Positions 13,927 through 28,074 of a stretch of DNA of 64,000 nt are shown here, piece by piece (the first letter of the stretch is position 1; every line of letters begins with the position of its first letter). The DNA is from Pristiophorus japonicus (taxonomy: Eukaryota): positions 248,001 to 312,000 of the forward strand of contig NW_027252889.1 in assembly GCF_044704955.1 (NCBI RefSeq), read 5' to 3'. A program made the translations under genes and the position numbers. A model generated the notes under the pieces. The model did no database searches and was not told where the DNA came from. It saw only the letters and a list, made by a program, of their open reading frames with translations.

Positions 13927-16336
13927 AGATCTCTGCGTTCCTCTAATTCTGCCCTCTTGAGCATCCCCGATTATAATCACTCAACCATTGGTGGCCATAC
14001 CTTCTGTTGCCTGGGCCCTAAGCTGTAGAACTCCCTGTCTAAACCTCTCTGCCTCTCTTTCCTCCTTCAAGACAATCCTTAAAACCTACCTCTTTGAACA
14101 AGCTTTTGATCACCTGCGCTAATTTCTCCTTATGTGGCTTGGTGTCAATTTTTATTGTCTCATAATACTCCTGTGAAGCACCTTGGGATGTTTCACTGTG
14201 TTAAAGGTGCTATATAAATACCAGTTGTTGTTGTTGTTGAGGTAGGCTGTAAGAAGCCGGATTCATTTTCAGGGTCAGGCCTCATTTGCATGGAACCATC
14301 AAGCTGAAGGCACGTTATAATTAATCATATGGTAGCTCGCCATTTTGGGAGGGAGGGGTTCGAAATCTGGGGAGTCAAGTTGGCAGAAAAGTATTCAGGG
14401 GGAGGAGTAGGTTGATCAGTCTGGCAGCAGCTAAGTCGAAGTTCAGGAGGCATTTTGGGAGGTGCAGGAAGAATAAATATTGTTGCAGATGTTGGTGCTG
14501 GACTCCTCCCACTTGTTCATCCTCTCAACCACATGCGTGGAAAGTGTCTCCACCAGCTGCTCACGAGACTGATGCTCCCAAATCATTGGCCTGGGCCGTT
14601 CGTGGAGGACTGTTGTTTCTCCTCCTGCCATGGTGGAACGGTACTGATCCTCTCTTCCACTCCTCGGTCTTCATTCTCACTAGTGGTTCGCCTGGTGATC
14701 ACCCTTCTCACTGTCCAGTGCCTCACTAATGGGCGTCTCGGTGCTGATGCTCGGACAGGTAAGATGCCAGGATGGAATTAGTGAGGATGCAACATGGAAG
14801 CAGCTGGACATAGGGGCAAAGGTGGCATGTGGGCCCAAGCAGAGGTGCCATCGTTACCGTTAATGTGAGCTTCCCCTTCTGCCCCTTTGTGCTGGGTGCC
14901 CATTTGAAGTATTTCTTCACTCATTTCCCTCAAGATCCTGAGATGGAAACCATCCACCTACCTTAAGTTTAAGTTGTGTGTTGTGTCCAATCTGTGTGTG
15001 AATAATAACCCCCACCTCTGCTGGTTCTACATCTCAATAACCACCTCCTCTATGAAAGCTGAGACAAAGGCCTTATGTCATATCTCTTTCATTCCCACCC
15101 TCCCACGACGACCTTTGCCTCCCCCATCTCTCAGTAGCCCTGACTACCTGCTCACTACCCAATATGCTTGTTGAAGCCTTATTTCCTTTATGTTTTTATT
15201 GCTAGTTAACTCTGTTACTCTCTTATTTATCCTTTTGTAGCTGTCCTGTATTCATTATATTGGTTCGTAAACCTTGCATCACTTTCTTTCATCAGCTTGG
15301 CTTCCCTGGAACCACATTTTGAAGATTGGAAGATGTAAAAGGTACTGTTGACAATGGGTAGAAACACTCAGTTCCTCTGGTGGGAGCAGGAGCTGGGAAA
15401 ATAACTGCAGTTAAGGAGTTAGACCAGAATTCGGAATTTGCTTCCAAGCTGCCTTACGCACAACCCAATTATTGTATTATCCTTTTCATTTAGTATCACT
15501 GAAGTCTTGTCAGCCTGTTTGCTTTGATGATATCTGTCCCTCCTCCCTCTACGTACCACCTGATGATTTGTCACAAGTAACTGGTGTCACCAAGTAACAT
15601 CTGCTTATCTGATCGATTATAGTGTCTGATAGATTAGTGGCTGCAGGGGCACGCTTTCCAGTTGGAATGATCTGTAAAATGTTCCTGGTTTTCACTCTGA
15701 CCCTCTGCTCTTCTGTGTGTAGGTACTTGTTCCAGTTTGGTTCGGAAGTAGTGAATGTTTGGTTCAGTATGTTCGACTTTTGATGGGTTCTGTTACTGAT
15801 TGCGAAACCGTGTCCTGTTAGACATACATATTCTGCAGTGATCTAGCAATGTGCTGAATTTATTAATATCCAATTTCAACATGTGTGCCTCAGAAGAGGA
15901 AGCAGCATTATTATATTGGCAGATTCCATTCAGCGTGCATTTACACCAACTTCTGGTGTGAGACGGGAGCTGGAGTTTGGCTTTAAGTATGACTTGGCTC
16001 CTGGCTGCCTGTTTAGGAAAGATCACTGTACCTGTCTGCATAAAAATAACTTGCATTTATATAGCACCTTTAACAGGATATCCAAATGGCGCTCTGGATT
16101 AATGTCGGACTTTGACTCTCACTGCACCTCACTCCAGAGTGGAGTTAAATCCTGACACTGGATTTGCAATGGAACTTTAGTTATGCACCAACGTTAAACT
16201 TGCGGTGCAAACATTGCCGTGACTGTGTGATCACATCTCTGAGGCTGTGGAAAAAAGGCTTCATTGGACATTATTACTGCCCCACATTCTCCCCTTCAAC
16301 ACTGAGTGGGTGAAACCTGTGCCTTCATTTCAAGTA

Positions 16337-18441
16337 CAGGTTGAACCTCCCTTAAAAACAGATAGCAAGAGTTTCTTTAGGTATATAAACAGGAAGAGTG
16401 GCTAAAGTAAATGTTGGTCCCTTAGAGGACACGACCGGGGAATTAGTAATGGGGAACATGGAGATGGCAGAAACTCTGAACAAATATTTTGTATCAGTCT
16501 TTACAGTAGAGGACACTAACAATATCCCAACAGTGGATAGTCAAGGGGCAATGGAGGGGGGAGGGGGGGCGAAGAACTTAACACAATCACAATGGAGGTG
16601 GTACTCAGTAAGATAATGGGTCTAAAGGCAGATAAATCCTCATGACATGATGGCTTGCATCCTAAGCTCTTAAGAGAAGTAGCGGCAGGGATAGTAGATG
16701 CACTGGTTGTAATATACCAACATTCCCTGGATTCTGGGGAAGTCCCAGCAGATTGGAAAACTGCAAATGTAACGCCCCTATTTTAAAAAAAAAGGCAGAC
16801 AAAAAGCGGGAAACGAGAGACCAGTTAGCCTAACATCTGTGGTTGGGAAAATGTTGGAGTCCATTATTAAAGAAGTAGTAATCGGACATTTGGAAAAGCA
16901 TAATTCGGTCAGGCAGAGTCAGCATGGATTTATGAAGGGGAAGAATTTGCTGGAATTCTTTGAGGATGCAACGAACAGGATGGATAAAGGGGAACCAGTG
17001 GATGTGGTGTATTTGGACTTCCAGAAGGCAAGGTGCCACATAAAAGGTTACTGCACAAGATAAAAGTTCACGGGGTTGGGGGTAATATATTAGCATGGAT
17101 ACAGGATTGGCTAACGAACAGAAAACAGAGAGTCAGGATAAATGGTTCATTCTCGGGTTGGCAATCAGTAACTAGTGGGGTGCCACAGGGATCAGTGCCG
17201 GGACCACAACTATTTACAATCTATATTAACGACTTGGAAGAAGGGACTGAGTGTCACGTTGCCAAGTTTGCTGACGATACAAAGATGGGAGGAAAAGCAA
17301 TGGGTGAGGAGGACACAAAAAATCTGCAAAAGAACGTAGACAGACTAAGTGAGTGGGTAAAAATTTGGCAGATGGAGTATAATGTGAGAAAGTGTGAGGT
17401 CACGTACTTTGGCAGAAAAAAATCAAAGAGCAAGTTATTATTTAAATGGAGAAAGATTGCAAAGTGCTACAGTACAGCAAGTGATCAGGAAGGCCAATGT
17501 AATCTTGGTTTTTATTGCAAAGGGGATGGAGTATAAAAGTAGGGAAGTCTTGCTACAGTTATACAGGATATTGGTGAGGCCACACCTGGAATATTTATGA
17601 AAGGATATACTTGCTTTGGCGGCAGTTCAGAGAAGGCTCACTAGGTTGATTCCGGAGATGAGGGGGTTAACCTATGTGGAAAGGTTGAGTAGGTTGGGTC
17701 TCTACTCATTGGAATTGAGAGGTGATCTTATCGAAATGTATAAGATGATGAGGGGGCTTGACAAGGTGGATAGAGAGAGAATGTTTCCACTGATAGGGGA
17801 GACTAGAACTAGGGGGCATAATCTTAGAATAAGGGGCCGTTTTAAAACTGAGATGAGGAAAAATGTCTTTTCTCAGAGGGTTGTAAAACTGTGGAATTCA
17901 CTGCCTCAGAGAGCTATTGAAGCTGGGACACTGAATAAATTTACGATAGAGATAGACAGTTTTTGAACCGATAAGGGAATAAGGGGTTATGGGGAACGGG
18001 CAGGGAAGTGGATCTGAGACCATGATCGGATCAGCCAAGATCGTATTAAATGGCAGAGCAGGCTTGAGGTGCCGTATGGCCTACTCCTGCTCCTATTTAT
18101 GATGTTATTATGTTCTTATCCAGAACTCCCGTATCCAGAGCCACCCCTCGTCCAGAACCATTCCCGGCCACCGGTGGCACATGCTCAGAAGTCCTACATG
18201 AACAAATTGAAGTCCTTCCTCGCTGCCGACTCCAGCAATCGTTGGCCTGACCCCGCGATCCACCCCCCCCCCCGCCCCATGATCTCTCTGCTGCACTCCC
18301 AGCCCCAAGCCAGCCAGCCCTGATATCCCCTTGCTCAGTACCTGTACCATCCAATTTAACATGACCACCCCTCATCCGGAAAAATCCCTTATGCAGAACA
18401 GGCCAGGTTTCCAGGGTTCTGGATAAGGGAGGTTCAACATG
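16337..18441. mobile_element. Tc1/mariner-pogo (Tigger-like) MITE split by a CR1 insertion (16355-18114, plus)
   Basis: TA|caggttgaacctccctta at 16335-16354 is the inverted partner of taagggaggttcaacatg|TA ending at 18443; ctta is repeated at 16351 and 18115 around the CR1, which carries RT motifs (ORFs 16839, 17033, 17616). Confidence 0.85.
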
Positions 18442-18464
18442 TACAGAAAACTCTGTCAGCGACT

Positions 18465-18634
18465 CAAAAGCACAATAATGCGGATGCTGGAAATCGGAAA
18501 TCAAAACAGAAAATGCTGGAAATACTCAGCAGGTCAGAACTGACGAAGGACCATCAACCTGAAACGTTAACTCTGTTTCTCTCTCCGTAGATGCTCTGAC
18601 CTGCTGAATGTTTCTAGCATTTTCTGATTTTATT
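18465..18634 (+). mobile_element. Palindromic short repeat (Penelope-like terminal-repeat derivative) with a hammerhead core
   Basis: Inverted arms cagaaaatgctggaaatactcagcaggtcaga / tctgacctgctgaatgtttctagcattttctg; core CTGACGA-agg..cct-GAAAC-GTT at 18540-18568. Confidence 0.7.
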
Positions 18635-20136
18635 CCTGGCAGTAGCCCTCAGAGGATTCACATGCATAATAACAACTTGCACCTGTAACATAGTAAAACA
18701 TCCCAAGACACTTCACAGGAGCATTATCAAACAAAATATGATACTGCGCTTGGTCAAAGTAGTAGGTTTAATGAGGGCGGAGAGGTTTAGGGAGGGAATT
18801 CTAGAGCTTAGGGCCAAGGCAGCTGAAGGCATGGCCGCCAATGTTGGAGCGATTGAAATCGAGGTTGCACAAGAGGCCAGAATTGGAGGAGCGCTGAGAT
18901 CTCGGAGGGTTGTAGGGCTGGTGGAATTCAGGGAGGGATGAGGGATTTGAAAACAAGGATGAGATTTTTTGAGGCATTAACAGACTAGGAGCCAATTTAG
19001 GTCACGAGCACAAGGGTAAAGTCTAGAGGTAACAAAGGCATGGATGGGAGGCTTCAACAACAGATAAGCTGAGGCAGGGGCAGAGTCTGACCATGCTACA
19101 GAGGTTGAAGTTGACGATCTTGGTGATAGTGCGGATATGTGGTCAGAAGCTCATCTCGGGGTCAAGTGCGACACCAAGGTTGCGAGCGGTCTGGTCCAGC
19201 CTCAGACAGTTGCCAGGAGAGGGATGGAGTCGGTGGTTCGGGAAGAGAAGTAGTTGCAGGTGATTCTCGGGCTACGACTGGACTTTATAATAGGCTTATA
19301 AAGTATAGGCACTGTAGGAAGGTGGTGTTCAATGGGCATTTTGCTGGATAGTGTTAGAGCAGCCTGCTAAACCTTCTGGGTCTGTTGTGGTCGATGGTGT
19401 CAGTCCTTTGAGTGTTCAAACATCTGGAGAAATAACTGCTGCTGCTGTAACTCTGACAGCCAGTTCACCACTTCAGGACAACATTTCTATTCTTCCATTT
19501 TAACTGGTTCTCCAGTGGCCGATAGGGGCTGAAACTCTCACTGCACCATGTGTGATGGAGTGCCCCTTGTCTCAGGATGACCAGCACTTGCTTTGCTCCT
19601 TTATATTCTCCAAACCGATTCAATCCAGTCCACCGAAGGTAGCTCAGCTCCGGCGCACTTTTATTGTTCGATGAAACTCAAGACTGGTCACAAATCTGCA
19701 ATATTGAGTTTACATAAACCCTTTCCTGTTTCTGTAATCAGGGACATGGGTGAACACTTATTGGCACCATCCACTTCCCATGGTCCTCAGGCCCGAAAAC
19801 CTCTGGAGAGGATGGAGAGTTTTCCCACAGTACATAAATGTGTCAAAAAACCAATTTCCTCGCTCTTTTTTAGCACAATAATGGTGCAAGTGCTGAGGAT
19901 TGCGAGAAAATTCAAGGCCCATGTCAACATTTTATATCGAAAAAACCCAACATTTCACTGTCATGGCTTGTTAACCAATCCAATTACTCATAATACTTTT
20001 TTTTTAATAATGGTGCAGATTTTGCGGGAGGAATCACGGTGTGTTCAAACAGGTCCTAGATCCCCTGTCGAGGGCACCGCGCTGTTTTTACTCTCTGATT
20101 ACCGCAAGTTACAGTGCAAAAGCCCACAGAGAGTCT

Positions 20137-22075
20137 TAGGCCTAAAAATCTGTTCTAATATTAGCGCCGGGCGATGTTTACCGTGTCCAAACGGGATATT
20201 CACTAGTAGCGCCCCAAGAGGGGAGTGGAGCACTTAGGGAAGCGTTCTACGCTACTTTGAGGGCTCTAGGGGTGGTAGCACTGCATGGATAATGAAGGTC
20301 TGGTGCTCGGAAACCTGAAAAATGACAGAAAGGTGAAGGGAGCGTTGGAAACATCGGCAGCAGTATGTGCGACCTCACAGAATCACGGCAATGTTAAAAG
20401 ATTTTACAACTGACCAGCCACAGGCTCCTGCTCTATAACATCGCCCCAGGAGCTTCCATGGAACACCCGCTCTCCCTGTCGGTGACAGTGCCAGGCACTA
20501 CGGCAGGCGAAAGGAGTGAAGTTCAGGATCGCGGCACTAACGTGGCGTTGTACACCCATGACGTCACCAAGTGGGTGGTGCTAGAGTGCACGGCGTTAAC
20601 TGATAGCGCCGCTGCTAAACCACCACTGAGGTTCACGGCAGGCACCGACAGTGCGGCACTCGGGCAGCAAGTGCTTAGCGGCTAGAAGGCAGTAGAGCAG
20701 GGGAGCGATGGGGGAAATGATAACCAGAGTGTGACAGGAAGGGACAGAATTTATAAACATAAGTGTATCAGAAAGTGAGGTCAAAGCAGGGAAAATGGTA
20801 AAAGACAAAATCAAAAGCACTTTATATGAATGCACGCAGCATTTGTAACAAGACAGATGAATTGACGGCACAAATAGATATAAATGGGTACGATCTGATA
20901 ACCATTACAGAGCCATGGTTGCAAGGTGACCAAGGCTGGGAACTGAAAATTCAGGGATTTTTGACAATTCGGAAGGATGGACAGAGTGGAAAAGGAGGTG
21001 GGGTAGCTCTGTTAATAAAGGATGGGATCAGTGCAGTAATGAGAAATGATATTGGCTCAGAAGATCAAGATGTGGAATCAGTTTGGGTGGAGATCAGAAA
21101 TAATGTGAAGAAGTCACTGGTGGGCATAGTCTATAGACCCCCTAACAGAAGCTACACTGTTGGACAGAGTATAAATCAAGCGGTATTGGAATCTTGTAAG
21201 AAAGTTACGGCAATAATCATGGGCGATTTTAATCTATATATTGATTGGACAAATCAAATTGGCCAAGATAGCCTTGAGGAAGAATTCATCGAGTGTATCT
21301 GGAATGGTACATTGTGGAAACAACCAGGGAGCAGGCTATCTTAGATCTGGTACTGTGTAAACATAAGAAACATAAGAAATAGGAGCAGGAGTAGGCCAAA
21401 GGGCCTCTCAAGCCTGGTCCGCCATTCAATAAGATCATGGCTGATCTGATTATTGGCTCAGCTCAACTTTCCTGCCCGCTCCCCATAACCCCTTTACTCC
21501 CTTATCACTCAAAAATCTGTCTATCTCCGCCTTAAATATATTCAATGACCCAGTCTCCACAGCTCTCTGGGGCAGAGAATTCCACAGATTTACAACTAAC
21601 TGGGAGAAGAAATTCCTCCTCATCTCAGTTTAGAATGGGCGACCCCTTATTCTAAAACTATGCCCCCTAGTTCTAGATTCCCTCACAAGTGGAAATATCC
21701 TCTCTGCATTTACCTTGTCGAGCCCACTCATTATCTTCTATGTCTCAATAAGATCCCCTCTCATTCTTCTGAACTTCAATGTGTATAGGCCCAACCTACT
21801 CAACCTTTCCTCATAAATCAACCCCTTCATCTCCGGAATCAACCGAGTGAACCTTCTCTGAACTACCTCCAATGCAAGTATATGTTTCAATGCTAAGGGT
21901 TATGGGGAGTGGGCGGAGAAGTGGAGCTGAGCCCAAGATCAGATCAGCCATGATCTTATTAATTGATGGAGCAGTCTCGAGGGGCCAAATGGCCTACTCC
22001 TGCTCCTAATGTTATGTTCTAGCGCCCCCCCTTGGGCACTAACGGGTGGTGCTAAGCAAACAACTGTTTCACCCC
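20137..22075. mobile_element. GC-rich non-autonomous DNA element containing nested CR1 pieces (endonuclease + 20696-21360; 3' end - 21361-21888; 3' end + 21889-22020)
   Basis: ORF 20826-21344 MNARSICNK..ITEPWL..GGGVALLIK..VYRPP..IMGDFN is a CR1 APE domain; the flanking cggcactaac/ttagcg-rich sequence resumes at 22020 after a repeated tag. Confidence 0.7.
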
Positions 22076-22921
22076 AAGTGTAATGTGGTGTAAAGTGTTA
22101 GTGTAATGAACAGTGAGCGCCGTTCATTCTCCGCTGACCACTGACTGACCAATAATAATTGCAATTTATTCCCCGGTAACTGAAAGTTCGAATGTCCGAA
22201 ATAAAGTTTAAAGCATAATATAAAATTCTAAATATGAAGACCCTCTCACAGTAACATGATTAAATGTATCTATTGAATTGTCTTTTACTGTCTTCCCTAA
22301 AGCCTATACTTGAAAGCTTCGCCTTGTCTCAAGAGTTGGGACTGCTCCTCAACAGGTCGACAGTTTCTAACCACATTCTGGCAATGGCATTCTCAGCATG
22401 TGCAGCTGCAAAATTGTCCAGCGTGCAATAATGTACAAGATCACCGGCCAGAATATTCCAGCTATAACACTCCCATATACAATTCCCCCCTTCCTGTTCA
22501 ACATTGTTAGTGTACGTCATTAAATACAGAGCAACCAGGCAGCTGGTGGGCAAAAGCAAGCTGGTCATTAATTCACATCAGGCAGTAGGAGAGGTTGGAC
22601 GTTTAGCAAGAGTGAGTTCTCTCGGAGAAGGACATCATTTAGACTGAGTACTTTATACTGTGGGATTATTGAGCAATGCAGGGGGTGTGAAAGGGAGAAA
22701 TGTGCTTCTTGATGAGAAAGCATTTGCTTTGGATGGGCTATTCACAATGCGGCACTATTTGGTCATGCAGTTAAATATTAAACATCGAATGATTAATTCT
22801 CTTGCAAAGAATTATATTAAATGCAGGAGATGTCGTCAAATGCTGAGATTGTGTTTTGTTTTTGGTTTATCGACTGTCAGTTGTGGCTCAGTGGGCAGCA
22901 CTCCCACCTGAATCAGAAGGT

Positions 22922-25900
22922 TAGAACATAAGAAATAGGAGCAGGAATAGGCCATACGGCCCCTCGAGCCTGCTCCGCCATTTAATACGATCATGGCTGA
23001 TCCGATCATGGACTCAGGTCCACTTCCCTGCCCACTCCCCATAACCCCTTATTCCCTTGTCGGTTAAGAAACTGTCTATCTCTGTTTTAAATTTAATCAG
23101 CTCCCACAGCTCTCTGAGGCAGCAAATTCCACAGATTTATTACCCTCAGAGAAGAAATTCCTCCTCATGGGCAGCCCCTTATTCTAAGATTATACCCCCT
23201 AGTTCTAGTCGCCCCTATCAGTGGAAACATCCTCTCTGCATCCACCTTGTCAAGCCCCCTCATAATCTTCCACGTTTCGATAAGATCACCTCTCATTCTT
23301 CTGAATTCCAATGAGTAGAGGCCCAATCTACTCAACCTTTCCTCATAAGTCAACCCGCTCATCTCCGGAATCAACCTAGTGAACTGCCTGCAAAGCAAGT
23401 ATATCTTTTCTTAAATATGGAAGGGCTTAAACCTGGGCCTCATAATCTTATATGTTTCGATAAGATCACCTCTCATTCTTCTGAATTCCAATGAGTAGAG
23501 GCCCAATCTACTCAACCTTTCATAGAAATAATAGGTGCAAGAGCAGGCCATTCGGCCCTTCGAGTCTGCACCACCATTCAATATGCAACTTCAGTACCCA
23601 CATCCTGCTTTCTCTCCATACCTCTAATCCCTTTAGCCATAAGGGCCACATCTAACTCCCTTTTGAATGTATCTAATGAACTGGACTCAACAACTTTCTG
23701 TGGTAGAGAATTCCATAGGTTCACAATTCTCTGGGTGAAAAAGTTTCTCATCTCAGTCCTATATGGCTTACCCCTTATCCTTCAACTGTGAGCCCTGGTT
23801 CTGGACTTCCCCAACATCGGAAACATTCTTCCTGCATCATCAGAATTTTATATGCTTCTATGAGATCCCCTTTCATTCTTCTAAATTCCAGTGAATATAA
23901 GCCTTGTCGATCCAGTCTTACTTCATATGTCAGTCCTGCCATCCCAGGGATCTGCCTGATGAACCTTCGCTGCACTCCCTCAATAGCAAGAATGTCCTTC
24001 CTCAGATTAGGAGACAAAATCTGCACACAATACTCAAGGCGTGGTCTCACCAAGGCCCTGTACAACTGCAGCAAGACCTCCCTGCCGCTATACTCAAATC
24101 CTCTCTCTATGGAGGCCAACATGCCATTTGCTTTCTTAACTGCCTGCTGTACGTGCATGCCTACTTTCAATGACTGATGTACCATGACACCCAGATCTCG
24201 TTGCATCGCCCCTTTTACTAATTGGTCACTATTCAGATAATAATCTGCCTTCCTGTTTTTGCCACCAAAGTGGCTAACCTCACACTTATCCACATTATAC
24301 TGCATCTGCCATGCATCTGCCCACTCACCTAACCTATCCAAGTCACCCTGCAGCCTCTTAGCATCCTCCTCACAGCTCACACTGCCACCCAGCTTAGTGT
24401 CATCTGCAAACTTGGAGATATTACATTCAATTCCATCGTCTAAATTAATATATATTGTAAATAGCTGGTGTCCCAGGACAGAACCTTGCGGTACCCCACT
24501 AGTTACTGCCTGCCATTCTGAAAAGGACCCGTTTATTCCTTCTCTTTGCTTTCTGTCTGCCAACTAGTTCTCTATCCACATCAATACATTACCCCCAATC
24601 CCATGTGCCTTAATTTTGCACATTAATCTCTTGTGTGGGACCTTGTCAAAAGCCTTTTGAAAGTCCAAATACACCACATCCACTGGTTCTCCCTTATCCA
24701 CTCTGCTAGTTACATCCTTAAAAAATGAAGAAAGATTTGTTCAGCATGATTTCCCTTTCATAAATCCATGCTGACTTGGACCGATCCTGTCACTGCTTTC
24801 CAAATGTGCTGCTATTACATCTTTAATAATCGATTCCAGCATTTTCCCCACTACCGATGTCAGGCTAACTGGTCTATAATTCCCTGTTTTCTCTCTCACT
24901 CTTTTCTTAAAAAGTGGGGTTAAATTAGCTACGCTCCAATCCATAGGAACTGATCCAGAGTCCATGGAATGTTGGAAAATGATCACCAATGCATCTACTA
25001 TTTCTAGCGCCACTTCCTTAAGTACTCTGGGATGAAGACGATCAGGCCCTGGGGATTTATCAGCCTTTAGTCCCTTCAATTTCCCCAATACCATTTCCCG
25101 ACGAATAAGGATTTCCCCCAATTCCTCCTTCTCGCGAGACCCTCGGTCCCCTCGTATTTTCGAGAGATTATTTGTGTCTTTCTTAGTGAAGACGGAACCA
25201 ACGTATTTTGTTCAATTGGTCTGCCATTTCCTTGTTCCCTATTATGAATTCACCTGATTCTGAATGCAAGGGACCTACATTAGTCTTCACTAATCTTTTT
25301 CTCTTCACGTATCTATAGAAGCTTTTGCAGTCAGTTTTTATGTTCCCTGCAAGCTTACTCTTATACTCTCTTTCCCCTCTCCTAATTAAACCCTTAGTCT
25401 TCCTCTGCTGAATTTTAAATTTCTCCCAGTCCTCAGGTTTGCTGCTTTTTCTGGCCAATTTATATGCCTCTTCCTTGGATTTAACACTATCTCTAATTTC
25501 CCTCATTAGCCACGGTTGAGCCACCTTCCCCGTTTTATTTTTACGCCACACAGGGATGTACAATTGTTGTAGTTCATCCAGGTGATCTTTAATTGTTTGC
25601 CATTGCCTATCCACCATCAACCCTTTAAGTATCATTCGCCAGTCTATCCTAGCCAATTCACATCTCATACCATCGAAGTTACCTTTCTTTAATTTCAGGA
25701 CTCGAGCCTCTGAATTAACTCTGTAACTCTCCATCTTAATGAATAATTCTACCATATTATGGTCACTCTTCCCAAGGGGCCTTACACGACAAGAGTGCTA
25801 ATTAATCCTCTCTCATTACACAAGACCCAATCTAGGATGGCCTGCTCTCTCGTTGGTTCCTCGACATATTGGTCTAGACATAAGTCATACCCCTCATCTC

Positions 25901-26262
25901 CGGAATCAATCAAGTGAACCTTCTGTGAACTGCCTCCAAAGCAAGTATATCCTTTCTTAAATACGGAAACCAAAACTGCACGCAGTATTCTAGGTGTGGC
26001 CTCACCAATACCCTGTATAACTGTAGCACGACTTCCCTGCTTTTATACTCCATCCCCTTTAAAATAAAGGCCAAGATTCCATTGGCCTTCCTGATCACTT
26101 GATGTACCAGCATACTAACTTTTTGTGGTTCATGCACCAGGTCCCCCAGGTCCCGCTGTACTTTGCAATTTTTCTCCATTTAAATAATAACTTGCTCTTC
26201 AATTTTTTTTGCCAACGTGCGTAACCTCACACTTTCCAACATCATACTCCATCTGCCAAATC
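22922..26262 (-). mobile_element. Nested CR1 LINE fragments (copy 23521-25878 inside an older copy)
   Basis: ORFs 23775-24563, 24741-25121 and 25183-25755 carry RT motifs; the older copy resumes at 25879; local duplication 23274-23341 / 23454-23521. Confidence 0.9.
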
Positions 26263-28070
26263 TCCCCCAGGATCTGCTCGACCTGGTAGAGAATTTTAAT
26301 AAAGCAACCCCGACCGCTCATGGCGGGGAGGGGGAAGGCCCCCTATCTCCATCTCTGATGTTGGAGAAACTGGAGATGGTTTTCTCCCCAGTTTCCCCAT
26401 ACACCCCGGTGCCTGGGGCGGAGGGGACCCCGATCCGCCTCCTGGCCTGACACCCCTGGAAGAGCCTCGGGAAGACTCCTCCCTCCGTCGATCCTGGGGG
26501 TGGGATCGGGACAAAGGGAGGGCCAGCTGGTGCAGCCGGGCCATTCGTCGTACCGTGTGGTCGACGGGCTGGCTGCTAGCGGTGACCTCCCGGAGGAGGA
26601 CAGGGGGCTCATTGGTGGGCGCGGAAGAGGATTTAGATTCCATCGCCAGTGAGGCGCTCGATGTCCTTGTGCCCTCCGCTGAGTCCCTCCTCATTCCTGT
26701 CGAGGAACTCCAGGATTTTATGGCAGAATGCCAGTGTCACTGTAATAAGTTCGAACTGGCTGTGGACAAATGGTCCGAGCCGGCGCTGTTCATCAGGTCC
26801 GTCTGCGCCGCCATCAAAATCATTGGCGTGGACAAGGCCGCGACCCAAATAGACAGTCAGGAGCTGCGCCGGTCTCAGACGTTCCTCATTGGACTGCTGA
26901 GGGAGTGGAGGTCAACACATGACTCCTCTCCCTCTCCACAGGAAGGTTAAGCAGAGGTTGCACTATATTCTTGTCATTAAGATAACCACAGCCAGCCTCA
27001 ACATCAACGGCAGCAGAGAGGCACGCCAGAGTTCATAACTTTTTGCTCCTAAAGGAGATGAAATATGCAGTGTGCTTCCTGCAAGAAACCCACACCGTTC
27101 CGGGAGACGAGGCCATGTGACTCCTGGAATGACAAGGAGAGGTCCGCATGAGCCACCTCACCGCCACTTCTTGTGGGGCGGCTATCTTGCTGGCTCCACA
27201 TTTTTAGCCGGAGATTTTGGGGGTCAAGGAGCCTGTGCCAGGCCGCTTGCTCCAGGTCACTGTTTGCCTGGGGGATGTGCCGCTCCATTTAGTGAACGTG
27301 TACTCCCCTCAGCCCGGTGTGCAGCAAGTGGACTCTTTTAGGCTCCATCGACGTCACCGACTGCATTGTCCTCGGGTAGGATTTTAATTGCATCCTCGAG
27401 GTGAGGGACCGCTCCGGTGCCCTGCAGAGCTTGGCGGCGATGCAGAAGTTGAGGGACCTGGTCGGGTCCTTCGACTTGGTGGACGTCTGGCGAAATCTCC
27501 ATCCCAACTCCAGCGCCTTTATTTGGGTGAGGCCTGGAAGAGGAAGGTCCAGAATCGACTGCCTGTACATTTCCCAGGCGTACATTTCCTGCGTTCCAGC
27601 AGCTTTCATGCGGCCGGTGCCGTGCCCGGACCACCACCTGGTGTAGGTGGAGATTGCTTCGCTCTGCACGTGGGTGGGGTCCGCGTACTGGCATTTTAAC
27701 AACCTGCTGCTGGAGGACAAGCGGTGCCAGGATTCGTTCCGTCGGTTCTGGTCCAACAGGAGAAGGAAGCAGGGGGGCTTCCCCTTCTTGAGGTTGTGGT
27801 GAGACGTGGAGAAGACTGACGTCCGTCTCTTCTGTCAAGAGTACGCGAAGGAGTCGACCAAGAGGCAGGAGGTCAGGGTGGAGCACCTGGAGAAGGAGGT
27901 GCGCGACCTGGGTCCTGTCTCGGTCAAGTTGTCGAGGACTCGACCCTGCAGATGGTGTACGAAGTGAAGAAGGCCGCGCTGAAGGACCTGCAGCTCGTCG
28001 GGTCCCGAGGCGCGTTAGTGAGGTCGCGGATCCAGTTCCTTCGGCACCTGCACCACGGCACCCCCTTCTA
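26263..28070 (+). mobile_element. Tx1-clade LINE fragment: ORF1 C-terminus and ORF2 APE endonuclease, degraded
   Basis: ORF1 ends at 26950; then ITTASLNINGSRE, FLQETH, DFNC, SRIDCLY, DHHLV, YWHFNNLLLED and GALVRSRIQF across disrupted frames. Confidence 0.85.
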
Positions 28071-28074
28071 CTGT

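Noticed and set aside
14300-14930. Possible exon or Harbinger second-ORF remnant
   Set aside because: No diagnostic motif or reliable splice pair; left unassigned
19593-20237. 214-aa ORF
   Set aside because: Non-ATG start, crosses unique DNA and small repeats, no recognisable domain
22370-22493. Minus-strand TM-like peptide GIVYGSVIAGIFWPVILYII
   Set aside because: Alternative frame of a candidate fossil-gene exon; no supporting ectodomain on that strand
22840-22911. MLRLCFVFGLSTVSCG as a signal peptide exon
   Set aside because: No convincing donor; it runs into a tRNA-derived SINE head (tggctcagtggg)
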